Assembly: GCF_018977255.1 (NCBI RefSeq)
Contig: NW_024704743.1
Span: forward strand, 49,850,001-49,914,000
Direction of reading: 5' to 3'
Length of the DNA stretch: 64,000 nucleotides
Origin: Callorhinchus milii
Lineage: Eukaryota
The translations under genes were made by a program, and so were the position numbers. The notes beneath the pieces are model-generated. The model worked only from the letters and a program-made list of their open reading frames with translations. It searched no databases and was not told where the DNA came from. This document shows, one piece after another, positions 25,084 to 39,000 of this stretch (the first letter of the stretch is position 1; each line of letters begins with the position of its first letter).

Positions 25084-26072
25084 TGTGGGTGGTGGAGTGT
25101 TGGTGGGGATGGGTGTGGGGAATTCTCTTAGGAATGGACTTGGTGAGCCTCTGTGCCTTTGCTTGTCCTTTCCTGGTTATGCATCTAGCCACCAGGGGAG
25201 AACTTTCACTGTGCACTCAAATAGGAAAAGATAATCACAACAATAACTCTACTATTATGTTATTGAGCCAAGGCATAGGCACTTGAGAAACACATTGAAG
25301 ATGGTTTCCTGTATCTTCCATCCTCACAGTGAGGCAGCAAAAAACCTCTAAATTGGCATAAATGCGAGAATTATCCTTTCTTAAATAAAAAAGGTAAGAT
25401 ATTTGATTATTTCCTTCCTTTTTGGTTTCTTCTTCCTTCACCTCTTCCCCATATTGTCAGCAGGTGTTGTGTATCCAGCCATCTGCCAAATTCACTTGAA
25501 CCAATCAACAACAACAATAACAATTTATATAGCGCCCTTCATGTGGGGTAGCGCCCCAGAGCGCTTGAGCTCTTGAGTCACTGAGCAGTATGCTTGAGCC
25601 ACCTTGGTGACTTGCCCTCCGACTTTTCTATTACAGTCCAAAACTGCCCAGCGCCCTTGATTGTCCGGCGCCCTGGGACGTCTTTCCGATGTGAAGGGCG
25701 CTATACAAGTGTAATTTGTTGTTGTTGTTATTGCCTCTCAGTAACTGAGCATGACCCTCTTTACAATGAACCTGACTTCCTTTGCAATGCATTGCTGAGG
25801 TAGGAAATTAATCTTCGAAATCAGCCTGCATTGTTCATTCTATGACGCAGTCAGTTGGGAATCCAACCTATGCAACTGAACCAGCCCTGTCTCACTGCTT
25901 TTACATAAAGCTCAACCACAAAATTGAGACATTTCCTTGTGCTTGATGCTACGTATTGCTTGTGCAATTCAAATAATATTTTCCCACAATCCACGTAGCC
26001 ATTACAAAGCAACACAGTTTTAAATATGTGATCTGTATTTTTGAATCCGTGATTACAGACAACAGCACTCGT

Positions 26073-26403
26073 GGAGTCCCGTAGTGTAGCGGTTAGCGTG
26101 CTCGCCTCACAAGTGAAAGGACCCCGGTCGAAACCTTAGGCAAGTTTCCTTACCCCACATGCTTCAGTTTACCTAGCAGTAAGTAGGAACCTGGTTGTTA
26201 GTTGATTGAAGAATCGCTTTTCGGGGTAATAATCCCTCAAAAAAAATTGGTTACTCAGTCCACGACTGTTTGTGGGACACTGCTGTGCAAATTGGCTGCC
26301 ACGTTCACAGTCAATTCACTTTACAGTATATTCTGTGAAGCACTTTGAGATGTCTCAACGGTGTAATAAGGTGCCATATTAAATGTAAGCATCATTATTA
26401 TTA
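26073..26403 (+). mobile_element. SINE, long subfamily, with tRNA-Val(CAC)-like head
   Basis: Head cccgtagtgtagcggttagcgtgctcgcctcacaagtgaaaggaccccggtcgaaacc; body as in the 24700 copy. Confidence 0.85.
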
Positions 26404-28730
26404 AAATCAATTAAAGACAAAGCTTTCCTGATTAAAATTGACTCCTAATGTGAAAGACTATATAAATGTAAATTGTACTGTATTAGGAAACATCTGCTGT
26501 TGAACAAGTAGCAAAAGATTATTTGTGGACTCATAAATATAATGCTAGCTTAGAGGCTCGTTCATTCCCCTGACTTTTATTTTATCAGGTCTACTCAGGC
26601 TCTTCCAGATGAAACTGTTTGATTTGTTGACATAGCCTATTTCTGTGTCACTCAATAAAGTTCTCTCAAGGGCCAATTTTGAAGAAGGTCTTACAGGAGT
26701 GTCACTCTGAAGAATACTGCAATAGGCTGTAGCATGCTATGATGGAACATGAATCTCAAGCTGCCATTTCCACATATTTTGCTCAGATTTATCCAGGAAA
26801 AGGCCGGAACAAAACTTAGAAACACATGTTCAATTAAACTGCTTGCTGTATTAAAGCTCAGCTGCCCCTGTGCTTTCTTTCCACTAACGTTGTATAACAA
26901 ATATAATAATCCTTGCATTTGATACAGCACCTTTCACAGCAAAAGGATGTCTCAACGAGCTTCATGGGATTTCACTGCAAAATGTAGTGACTGTATAGGC
27001 AGTCACTTCCAGCCTTATTCCATCCCAATACCGAGGAAATGAGTTTGAGTGCATCTTTACGCATTCATAAAATCCAAATATTATGTCTTACTATGTAATA
27101 ACCAGAAACACACATCACAATGCTGCTGTAGCATTACGGGAATAGCTTTCCTTCCTTTTTGTTCAACAACTTCATATCTATATCCCTGTTCGGTGTCCAA
27201 CGCTACACTTGACAAGCACTAGGTTGTTCTTTTCCATAAGAGGTGCTATATATTGCAAGTTATTATTTCCATTTTATCCCCACTAATGTTTCTCATTCAT
27301 CTATGGTGTATTGAAAAAAAATCATTATTGAACAGATCAAGATGCTATTTTTCAATCTTGCAGGAACTCATGAATCAATTTCATCAAGCTAAATGATGTA
27401 ATTTAACGCGTGGATCGCCTGCGGTGAAAAGCACCTGCGTTTCCAGAATTATTTTTTCTTATTAAAAAAATCTATAATCGCCAGGATTCTGTCTTGGTTT
27501 CAAAAATAAAGTCTTCTGTACTTTTACCCAACACACACTCTGGGGTTCCCAAATCTTGGCTCTTGCCAACCTGCACCTAATACTCTTCAGAATTAGATGA
27601 GCAGAATGTGCTTCTCCAGGAAGAGAATACATGAGAGTTTTCATATGAAGTGGGGTGCATGGGATTCTCTGGTTTGGAAATTCTTAAGCATGTGATGGGA
27701 TTCCACATGTGTCAGACACTCAGCTGACCAAAAATAAAGTTCTTTTTCAGTGCACATGTCTGGAGTATTCTGAATCGAAACACGTGAATTCTGCCATGTG
27801 GGAATCTGTAAACCACAGAGAATTTAATCCCGGATGATTTAATTTTAGCACAAACTAAACAGTTTTGTGGAAAAGCAAAGATAATCTAAAGTATCAATCT
27901 TTTCAGGATGCAGTGTATGGTGGGGGTGGATAGGAATGCTCAGCATGAATATAGACTGCTCTTTACTAATTATAAGCTCACAGTTATCTCACACCAGGAC
28001 CTTTCTAATGCATTTCTCGCTGGTCTCCCTTGCTCCACCATCATTATACTCCCAACTCATTTAATTTCTAAAACTCTGCCTCCCATATCCTCACCCACAC
28101 CAAACCCTGCATGCCCATCACTCCAGTCCTGCCAAGCTTCACTAGCTTACTGTTGTCATTTAAAGGGTTATTTTACACAGAAAATGTCCTTAATAATTGA
28201 TTCCATTTGATTTGTAATGCAGTTATGACTAAAGATATCTGCTGAAGCTGTTTTTTCACATGGGAATAGACACGTTTCTCAGATGTAAATATAAGTAATA
28301 TGAATTATAAAATAAGCCTGCCATTGATATGCTCTAAGCTTTAACATCCTGTTCAATCTCTAACTTGCTGTGGAGCCTTGTTATTCAGCGATTGTCACTC
28401 AGGAATTCCTCAAAACCTCTGAAAAATCTGTTTCCTGAAATCCTTTATTATTCGGTTCTTTCCAAAGCAGCAAAGCAACCTTTGTGCATGTCAAGCAGGG
28501 CCCTGCATCTGGTGCATAGAAATGACTAACTGAGATTCCGTCAATGCTGCTGATTCTAAGGCTTTTGTCACCATTGCCGACACTACACAAGCACATCTTT
28601 CTAAACACACCTTGAAATTCAAAAATAATACAATTTTAAACAATTCAAATCCTTTGACTGGAATTTCAGGTGTAAAAGGCTCTTTTTGGCAAAAATCATA
28701 GCTACCACACAGCTAATATAATAATAACAA

Positions 28731-29049
28731 TTAATAATAATAATAATCCTTGCATTTGATATAGCGCTTTTCACGTCGGGAGGATGTCCCAAAGCGCTTC
28801 ACAGAACACACTGTAAAGTGAATTGACTGTATATTTGTGGGCGAACGCGGCAGCCACTTGCACACAGCAATGTCCCACAAACAGTTGTAGATTGAAAATG
28901 ACCAATTTATTATTGTTTTTGGTTTTGGAGGGATTATTATTAGGCGTGTGGAGTAAGGAAACTTGCCCAAGGTTTCGCCCTGCCTGGAATTGAACTCAGG
29001 TCTCTCGCTTGCAAAGCGAGTGCTCTAACCACTGAGCTACAAGGACTCC
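28731..29049 (-). mobile_element. Same SINE, full length, very young short subfamily
   Basis: Near-identical to 3198-3522 and 39528-39843; CpGs largely retained. Confidence 0.9.
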
Positions 29050-30769
29050 AATTATCATCATCATGCTTTCTTTGATATTGTGCATTTCACCTCAGAACGA
29101 TGTCTATGAAGACTTGAGTGAAAATGTGATGTGATAATTATCACCTAGGATAAATATAAATATCATACAGCTGAAAAGTGCAAATCAAATCTGTCTTTAA
29201 CTATTGACAACATTTGGAGTGAATTTATCTCTAACTCCTGGTGACACACACTTGGTTTGGCCATATCATTTGAAATGTGTAATGTGTAAAGCCTGTGTAA
29301 ACGAGTGGGTGGAGGAGGGTAGGGGGGAAAAGTGTTCAGTCTCAAACCTATTTTAAGGTCACATCTTTAGCCTTTTCTGTACCGTTCCTTAAGTATTATT
29401 GCTGTTAATTAGAGGCTGGAACAAGTTTGGGCAGAGTTCCAGCCACTAATTATCAAGAACAGCACAGTTTTCACCCAAAGTTAGGACTTCAATACTTGCA
29501 CTGAACTACAGACTCCACTAAAGAACAACTTGCTCTGAGAGCTAGTGCAGACTCATCTGCTCACTGTTAATTCGTGGAAGGGTCCTGCTGTTCAGTGAGT
29601 GGGACTGAAAGCAGCAACAGCAAGAGATCAAGGCACATGATTGAAACACCAGTGTAGGTGAATGCATTTTCTCTGAAGTACCAATGCTAAAACTTAAATA
29701 CCAACCCATTTCAACAAACGAGAAAAATACTGGCAATAGGTTCTCATGATTTAACCCATCACTTCAACCATAATATTCTCTCCTGCCTATTATTTTATGT
29801 TGTGTTTTCTGTATTCTTAGCAATATTTTGTTTATAGTTTGCCTTTTTGTATTTATTTCAAATAACACAATGCTTTCAAGCAGCTAAGGACATGTATCCC
29901 ATGATATATCAATTTCTAAAATCTAAGTTTATTTGCAATAAATTCACTGGACAGACCATTTCTCACCAATCAAATGCAGATAAGTCTCAGTAAACCTGCT
30001 GCAGTAATACCATCAACACAATTAATGCCAGTCTGTGAATGTTATATCGCACCAAACTCAGGTGTCAGTTTATCAAAGAAACCTGCAGGGAACTAAACTA
30101 CAGCTGCTCAGAAAGCTACAGAATAACAATGCCGTAATAAAAATATCCTGAGCCCTGCTTGAGTCACTGTTACCGAGGAAGAAAAAAGGAGTGTTTTATC
30201 AATACAAGACGACAGCGCACACAGACACTGACAGCAGATGTTGACTGCTGAAAAGCCTTGTTACGTGATAGACTGTCAGACACAAGACTGAGCCAAAAAT
30301 TACAAGATTAACTGTAATCAAATTTCATTGCAAGGAGTTTGGATGATTTTCACAAAGTGCTCTCAGAATTGGAATATGATCTTGAATAACATAACGGAGT
30401 ATTTTTTCTAACTGTTATTCTCGAGAAAAACCATTACATCATCACCAATCATTTTGGGATCAATCAGAAGTTTAAGAGAAGAGACTATTGTTTCCATTGA
30501 ATTGGCACTTTGTGAACAGTGTCTTTTGTTTTCACCGACAATAAATTACAAACGACTGAATTATCTTATTGTGGCTTTAGGACAAATTTTCACCAGAAAA
30601 AAGGAAAATGTTATATTATTTATATTTTAATAACTAGTTACTTCACAAAGCTTTACTTCTAATACTCCTTTCATGCTCATGTTAGGCAATGCATCCCATG
30701 GATTTGGCTTTGATCTGACACCAATGTTCAGTATAAATGGAGGTTAAGCCAGTGTAAATTGCAGAACTA

Positions 30770-31380
30770 TCTTCCTTACAGGGGAGGTCAACAGGATCTC
30801 TTTGAAGCTGTGATGGTTCCAAGGTGACATGCTTGGCAAAGTAATGTCAGAATAAAATATAAAATCTTTCTGATGAAGGGTTGTGGACCTGAAAAGTTGA
30901 CTCACTTTCCTTTCTCCATAAATGCTGGCTGACCTGCTGAGTGTTCCCAGCAACTTCTGTTTTTGTTTCAGTAGTCTGGTTCCTGAGCCAAGTAGGTCCA
31001 AGGTACTCCAGGCTACTGCTGATGACAGATCAACCTGGCTGATCAGCAGTACTTAGAGAGGCAGGGGCAGCAATCTTCCCACTCAGCTTCCGTTAACGCA
31101 GCCAGCCAAAGCCCTAATGGATAGAGTGGTCCTAACTATACAAGTAGTGGGATGCTTGCCAGACAGCGCGTTTAAGCTTTTCAATGATCAGTTTTAATGT
31201 GTTTTAGCTGGTTAAACTCACTCGAGCACGACCCCAATTTTGGGCCTAATAGTCTCCAGGATTAGGTAAGCAGGATGCAACTCTTCAGGGAAAGAGGGTA
31301 CACTTCAGTCTGCTTTAGATACCCTTAAGCGTTGTAATGGATTTCAGAATGTGTCAGACACCCAGTTGACCAAACAAATT
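30770..31380 (+). repeat. Unclassified old dispersed repeat, most complete plus-strand copy
   Basis: Homologous by eye to the reverse complement of 49395-49745 and 48995-49110, and to 15470-15790 and 27520-27740. Ends in gtgtcagacacccagttgacc followed by A-rich sequence. Confidence 0.7.
30862..30970 (+). mobile_element. Solo terminal fragment of the Penelope-like element
   Basis: ctgatgaagggttgtggacctgaaaagttgactcactttcc...tgctgagtgttcccagca matches the termini at 11108, 58296 and 61633. Confidence 0.7.
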
Positions 31381-34300
31381 GCACTGGAGCCTGATGATTA
31401 ACATCACTGACATCCTGACATTTGTGTGGGTATTCACCCTCAAAAATACACACAGTAATACCACTTTACAGTATGTCCAGTGAAGCCCTTTGAGATATCT
31501 AGATGATGAGATAAAGCGCTGTATCATATGCAATGATTATTATATTTTTATTCTTATTATCATCTGGAGTATAAACAGAGCGAGTATAAATCATGTTGTC
31601 TCATCCCCCATGGTCCACTAAAAGCTTTCAAGTAGTTCATTCAACCACTCAAGAAATGTTATACTCAGCTCTGTATTCTGTAATAATAATAAAAAAGCTA
31701 GTTGTTAATGTATTTCCTTTATTGATGTGGAGAGGCAAGCATAATCAAACTTCCTGCTTTACACTCCAGCAGATTATAATAATTCTTATATATTTACCAT
31801 CTTTTACGAATTCTGCTTCAACCACTGTTTTTGGTAGAGTATTCCATGTCCTGATAAACAAGTCCCTTCATTACATTTGATTTCATCCTTCCAATACTAT
31901 CAACTCTATAATTTTCCCATTACAGCATCAAGGTGTTTCTTAAATGAGCGTAGGTTCCTGGCCGCAGCCATTCTTCCTTATAACCTGTTTCAACTTTTAT
32001 TATCCTCAAAGTAAAGAAATGCTTCCTGGTGTTTGTCCTACATTTGCACCTCACAATCCTGAACCTGTGTCCTCTTGTTCTGCCTTGTCATTGCTTAAAA
32101 GCATTCAAGTACATTTAAGCCATTTCAATATATTTTTATTCTTTTTTTATAATTCATATTATTAGAAAATAATTTCTGGTACTATTCCACTATGTCAGAA
32201 ATCACATAACTGTCAAAGTCTACAGAAAATATTATCAGCTCAAACTTGCAATAAATAAATGATTTTGCACTGTTGATGCCACTAAAACATTGCAGAGTTT
32301 AAATAATCTGCTTTTTCATATTCTAATTTCAAGATGTTCAATTCTATCATTTTTTAAAAAAACCTTTGTTTAAGTAGTAGAAAATAACTATCGTAGTTCA
32401 CAATGACTTTTAAAATATATGTTTCCTGCTTGCGTGTTTTGTAAAATTCTGCTTGAACAATAAAAGTCAGAGAATGAGCCTATTAATAAATTAATAATGC
32501 TTGTATTTGATATAGTGCCTTATCACATTGTTGAAATATCTCAAAGTGCTTCACAGGATCTAATGTAAAGTGGATTGACTGTGTATTTTATTACTGTACA
32601 TCATTCAAGAAAAATAATATTTAATTTCTCCAGATCAAACCACAGCACATATTACTGGAGATTTGTGTTGCCGGAGTGTAATATGTAATTGTTATAAAGT
32701 AAACCATTGTGAATAAAGCTGAAGAAGTACCAGCCAACTAACTAAATGCTAAATTCTTTTCTCTTCCCTTAGTGCCACATAATGATTTCTAATGGCAGTG
32801 GAAATTAAGGTTCTGTCCTAAATGAGCTCTTACTAATCACAGTTTGTGAAGGGCTGCAAATGCAAACAGTGTCCTCATCAAAGGCTATTTGCACAAATGC
32901 TCTCATGTGCTGCAGCAGAGAATGTCTGTGGAATAGAATCTGTGCCCACGGTTCCCTGCACCGAGCTCTTGATTTTGAACTGCTTTACCAGGGGAGTTCT
33001 GAATACGAGGCCAGACACTTCCCACAAGGAAGATCAAGATCAGAGGACCTGTCACTAACTCACTTCAGAGCGCCTTTAGCAGCTGACTACAGAGAAGTAG
33101 TGTCAGGGGACAGATCGCCAACGAGTATCACAGATTGAGAAGGTGGAAGAAATAAATGGGTATAAATATGAATTCACTACAAAGACAGCAACAAAGAATT
33201 CCTTCATTATGCCTCTACTGTACAAAGTACTTTTTTCCCTTTTTTGCTTCAGGCAGTCTCTTCCTTTCATCTCTCACACCGACACTGTGGAATGAGCTGA
33301 ATTAATATCAGTAGAGATATCCAGTGGTGCTTTGTTCATTGTGATATTACACTACTGCACATTTAGCTCCCTCACATATCAAGTCAGTTCCTCCAGTTAA
33401 ATAATTATTACTCATCATTCAGCAAAAACATATATTTTAGAAAGAGGATGTCACAATACATTTTATTTTTTTCTCAGCTCTGGAATAAATTTATCACAAT
33501 GACCTAACAAGAAATTACAGATATTACCAACTGCCGGCCATATACAACTGTGAAGAGACTTCATTCAACTTAAATATTTGCTAAGCCATGCACCTAGGTT
33601 ACCTCATTCCAAAGAATATTAAGTGCAGGTTGGTAAGAGCCTAGAGTGTGCGATGGAGTGCTGTTGGAGTTTAACCAGCTAAAACAGCAAGGCTTGCCTC
33701 AGTTGAGATCAGCTAACCCAGCACATACCATGAATTAAACCTGGGTCTGGGTGACTCAGCTACTCAATGAGTACTCCAATGGAGCCATTCACATTGCTCA
33801 ATAAATGTTAGAAATTTAAAATATGTACAGCTCAGAAGACGGACATTTGACCTATCATGTCAGTGCTGTTGATTATGTGTTCATTAACTTATTTGAAAAT
33901 CAACTAGATCAATACTTGTTCAGGAACAGTTGCTGACCTTCAAATGAGATATTAATCCGAGGTCCCATTTCCCTGTTCAGGTATGCATAAAAGATCCACA
34001 AAATGAGAAAGGTGTTTCTCCCGGTTACTTGTTCAATAATCTTCTAGATAAAAAAATATAGATTTTTTTAACGATTGTTTGTAGGATATTTCTGTGTGCA
34101 AATTGGCTGCCACATTGCCTACACATAAAACAGATACTTAATATATTTATTATTTATTTAGTATTGGTTTATTTATTATTTATTTAGTGCTGATGGCTTT
34201 AGGATAGGTAAAGATTCAGGTGACTGTGGAGGACTTCAGGCCAGGGTTGAATAGTGGAGATGATTATCACATTAGATGAATATTGTAGAGAGTTGCTTGA

Positions 34301-34518
34301 GGGCATACTTGTGCACAACTCTCCCTGAGGAGCTGGGCATCATTGCCCTTCTGCTAAGCCCTAAATGATTATCAACGACAGAATTTTCATTTAAATTGGT
34401 ATCATAGGGCTGAGCTAGACACAGAAACTAAGGTGCCCTTGCTTAAATTATGTATCTGTCAATCAGATAAAATGTATGCAATGCCATTTGCCTCTGGGTT
34501 GCCTCTCAACAGAAACAA

Positions 34519-34622
34519 AAGTAGACATTATACATATACTATTCAGAATGAAGTAGACACTTATACATATACTATTCAGAATGAAGTAGACACTTATACA
34601 TACATATACATATACTATTCAG
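34519..34622. repeat. 33-bp tandem repeat, ~3 copies
   Basis: Unit aagtagacacttatacatatactattcagaatg. Confidence 0.9.
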
Positions 34623-35586
34623 TGTTCAAATGAAAGTTCAAAAGTGTTCAAAAAAAGTTAAAATGTTCAAAGATCAAATCAGGACCAGCGACAGCCTGCT
34701 GGAACAAAAGATCTCATGAATCGACACTAATGCTGAGAAATATTTAACCTATTCCAAATTACAGGTTACCAGAAAAACATCCACAGGCCTTTCCACAATC
34801 TACCCTTTTTTTAATCAAAAATTATTTTAATTAAAAAAATTAATAAATAAAAAATTAATTAAAAAAAGGTTTGTTTATATAACAATTTTGGGGGTGTATG
34901 GTTTTAACCAGTCACAACACAACATAAATTCTGTGTTGCCAAGACATACAGTAATAATAATATTTGGCATCTGCCTTTCAAAGTGCTTCACAGGATACAC
35001 TGCAACGTGCAGTGATTGTGTACTTTGCAAGCACACACCAGTGGATCAACAGGAAGAATCAATTAATGCTAAAGACCTGGAGGATGAAGTGTACATATTA
35101 GAATAAACCAACAGCAGCTATAATAAATATAATAATCATAATCCTTGCATTTGATATAGCGCCTTATCACGTCTTCGAGATGTATCAAAGCATTTCACAG
35201 AATATACTGCAAAATGAATTGACTGCATATTTTTTGTAGGCGAAATATACAGTCAATACAGCACTCACATGGTCCTAACTGAAGTGAGATGACAGTTGCC
35301 CCACCTCTTGAGTCATGGAAGTTGGGTTGCATCTCAGGATTCTAGTTTTTTACTTGGTGTCAGCCTAGCACTTTGTGCCTCAGAGTCAGAAAGTTATGAG
35401 TTCAAGCTATGTTGGGACTTTGAATGAGACATTAATCTGAGGTCTTTGAAAAGAGAAGGGAATTCCCCCTGGTGTCCTAGCCAACAATCCCCCAGATAAA
35501 ATTGGTTATTCACTTCATAGCCATTTGTGGGACATTGCTGTGTGAAAACTGGCTGCTGCATTGCCTATTAAATATACAGTCACTAC

Positions 35587-36010
35587 ATAAGAACATAAGA
35601 AATGCTAGACAAGAAAAGACCAAGGCCTTCCACCTTCCTGGCGGTCACATGCACATATGTTCCAAACTACCTATGTACTATATCCCATAATGTTATTTCC
35701 TAAAATAAAACAATCTAATCAGTGTTTGACAGAATCAACACTTCCTGCTTCTCCCCAGGGAGCCTGTTCCGCAGGTTCACTATTTCTCACTGAAACAGTG
35801 TTTGTGTAGATCGTTCTGAGTTTACCCCCCTTCAATCGCAGGGCATCTCCTCTGGTTTTACTATTCTGGACAAGTTGAAACAGCCTGTCATGATCTATAT
35901 TGTTTTGCCCCTTTAGAATCTTAAAGACAGCAAATCATGTCGCCTCTCAATCTTCTCTTTTCCAGTATGAACATGACCACTTTTACTTAGATGCTCCTCA
36001 TAGTACAGTC
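35587..36010 (-). mobile_element. CR1 3' fragment, same subfamily as the interrupted copy at 1925-2050 plus 2726-2825
   Basis: cataagaacataagaa tail. Shared string ccttccaccttcctggcggtcacatgcacatatg...tatcccataatgttatttcctaaaa. Confidence 0.8.
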
Positions 36011-39000
36011 ATTCCATTCCCTCAATTATTCCTTCCATTCCCTCAATCACCACACTTTACAGTAAATTCCTTGAGCTTTGAGATATATTTCCAAATTGAA
36101 AGATGCTATATCAAATGCAACTATTATTTATTATTATTATTGATGGGCATGTGATCCAGAGTTTCAAAGTTTTCTGTTTGCCTGCTATTTGCAGAAGTTG
36201 GATGTGTAATAGCGCAATCTATTTGCTGTATATTGGGCACTGAATCTCCAAAAAAAGGAGATGTCTGTTGTGAATGATGTTATAGTATTGTACTTCCATA
36301 AATATTGTGGAAATGTAAAGTAAGGAGATTGCAATAGGCATGCTTTAATCTGTCCGTCTATTAAAGCACCATTTGAAACTATAAATAAATAAAATTTCCC
36401 GCTAATAGTATATTAATATTCTGAAAACAGAAGATTATGAAATGACCAGTTTCTTTGATCACAGTATGAATATCAGTATGAGCAAACATTGAACTTTGAG
36501 GAAAAGAGTTCACGGGCTTACAGAGAATTTGTAGTTCTGAACAGCAGTACTCTGGAAAGCCAGATGTGCAGGAACAAGTCAATGTACATATTTGATTAGA
36601 TGTGGGGGAGGGTGTGGAGGATGGAAGACATTCCAGACATTAGAAGACAATCTGCTCAAGAACTGCTTTTGCCCAAACTGTTCTTCCCTTTTCCAAAGCT
36701 CACATTATTCTCTTTCTTAAAATGCCTGCCCCGAGTACTTTCATTTTCCCCATTTTCACTACCACTGTATCTCTAACCTTTTACTCCTTGCCTTGCCAAG
36801 TTTTAAGAATGCGTTGCTGCCACCCAACTATACATTATTCTCTCTCAACATCTTTGCTCAAATCACTAAGTTCGGCATTCCAACCTCCCACAACAGTGAG
36901 ACAGCCCCGACCAAAGTCACCAACAACTACACGCCATTGCTAATTGATTCAATGTCTTCTTTGTACTCAATGGCTTCTACACTGATCCCTCCGTGCGTGT
37001 TCATCTGCGGCACAATCAAGGTCTCTATCTTCTGTCCCTCCTATTCCTCATTTACATGCTACCAACAAAGCTATCAGCCATTTACACATCAATTAAGCCG
37101 ATCAATATCTCTCCACCAGTAGTTTTGAATCCAAGATTTTTGCTGTTCTGTCTGACTGCCAGTTCAGCATGAAATCTTGGAATTGCTGTAACTTTCTACA
37201 CTTTAATCAGCTCCTGTCAGCTGGTTTCAATGCTATGGTTTCTCTCTGAGGCTGAGCCCGATGGTTTGGAAAGTCAGATATTTGGAATCTAAATTGCGCA
37301 CTAACCACTGAGCTACAGGATTCCACAATACATGTATCAAGGCCACCTGAGCAACATAGGATGGTGTCTAAAGAATGGCAGTTTCTTTTTTAATAATGTC
37401 TACAAATCGCAAATCGCGATTCCTGGTAATCAGAAGTACTTCACCTAAATCCATGGAAACTGCTTCAAAAGCATACTGGACGAGAGACGAATTCCTACAT
37501 GATAGTGTGGGTGTGGACAAAACCTGGGCAGAACCCACTATAACACGAATAGCACTCTCGTGCTCTATTCATTTTAAATACAAGTTTTAGACAGATCAGG
37601 TATTATGACAGCATATTATACATTGGAGTTGAGCAACACAATACAAAAGTGAATGGCACTGGAATGCGGCAGAGGAGATTTCCTTGTGACCATCTGCAGA
37701 ATAAATGCAGTGGCTGCCAAATGATGTGACTCTGGTCAGAAACAATGCTTACAGGGTGCTTTGTAATAATTGGGCCAAGGTCTTTTAAGGGATCATTTTG
37801 GAATGTTTTTAAAGTGCCGGTTGCATGTCAGGCTCTTTAATAACTTTCGAAATCTAGCAGCTGAAATCAGAACTCTCCTCAGCTGCACCCACTGGTATTA
37901 GGAGCAGGAAAATAAATCAATCTTCCCCGCTCCGCATGACGATACAGCTAAAAGTGAATTCACTCCAGTTCCAGTTGTATAAGCCGGGCTTAAAAGCCGT
38001 CCTGCTGATTGCTTGAAGTGTTCACTTTCATATGTCTTAATTTCTGGACATTTGCACTTCTTCTGAGGTCAATCGTTTAAGTGTAATTAGAATGTATTTT
38101 CTCATGCGCTCCCCTCCCAGCTCACATAGCAGGTGACTTCTTATGTAGCAACACCCAGAGGCATGAATAGTACGATAAGAGCAAACGTATAATTCATGTT
38201 TCCTGAAATCAATGCCGTGACTTAAAATCATTGCGATTTTTTAAATGTAGCACATTCACTACAGCAGTTCAAAAGAGCACAAGAGGTCAAGGAGTTGGGC
38301 AAGTGAACACAAAGGAGTAGTCATCAAAGGAGAGCATACATCAACCTGAATCCCTGCCTACCCCCACCGCCCACCCTACCAATATCCTAACCATATAATG
38401 CAAGCAATATAATACTGTAGGCTCTAGTAGGTAGAAAAATTAACCATAAGGGGAATATACAATTGACGCAGGGAAAAGTTTTAGATAAAACTTAAACTCA
38501 AAGTTCAATAAACACATAAATAATAAAATGATCAACCACAAATCAAACAGAAAGTCCCAGGAGTGTCTAGAAATAAATGACTGAATCGGAAACCTATGCA
38601 GCAGTTATGATGTGATCTTTGCTTGACTGCACTATTTTGGTCCCAATGCTTTCCCAGCAGTCTTGGCGCATTGATTTTAGCCAAAAGCCATTACTTGAAT
38701 TGACTACCAATTATTGGAAAGAAGCCACCAGCGATACTAATTTAATCTGCAAGCAATACAATTGCAGAAAAGTGCTTGACTTAGGGGAGCATGCTGACCT
38801 ATCGATGACAGGTGAGAGACAGAAACTGGGCAGCAGCATAATCTCTTTATCAGTCATGTGATATTACCTGGGCTCTGACATTTCCTGGAGAGGATTCAGC
38901 ATGTTTCGTGTACATTCCCCTTGTTTGCAGGTGTATCCATGGAATGGAAAGACGGACGGTTAAACTGCTCTGAGACACTACCCCGTGTGAAGGATACTAT

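Noticed and set aside
32846..33138. 92-aa ORF in unique sequence as an exon or small gene
   Set aside because: No recognisable homology and no convincing splice pair; it cannot be supported from the sequence alone.
34519..34622. CRISPR-like array
   Set aside because: Head-to-tail 33-bp units with no unique spacers, no cas genes, and a vertebrate context.
34678..34698. REST/NRSE-like site atcaggaccagcgacagcctg
   Set aside because: Mismatches at core positions of both half-sites relative to TTCAGCACCACGGACAGCGCC.
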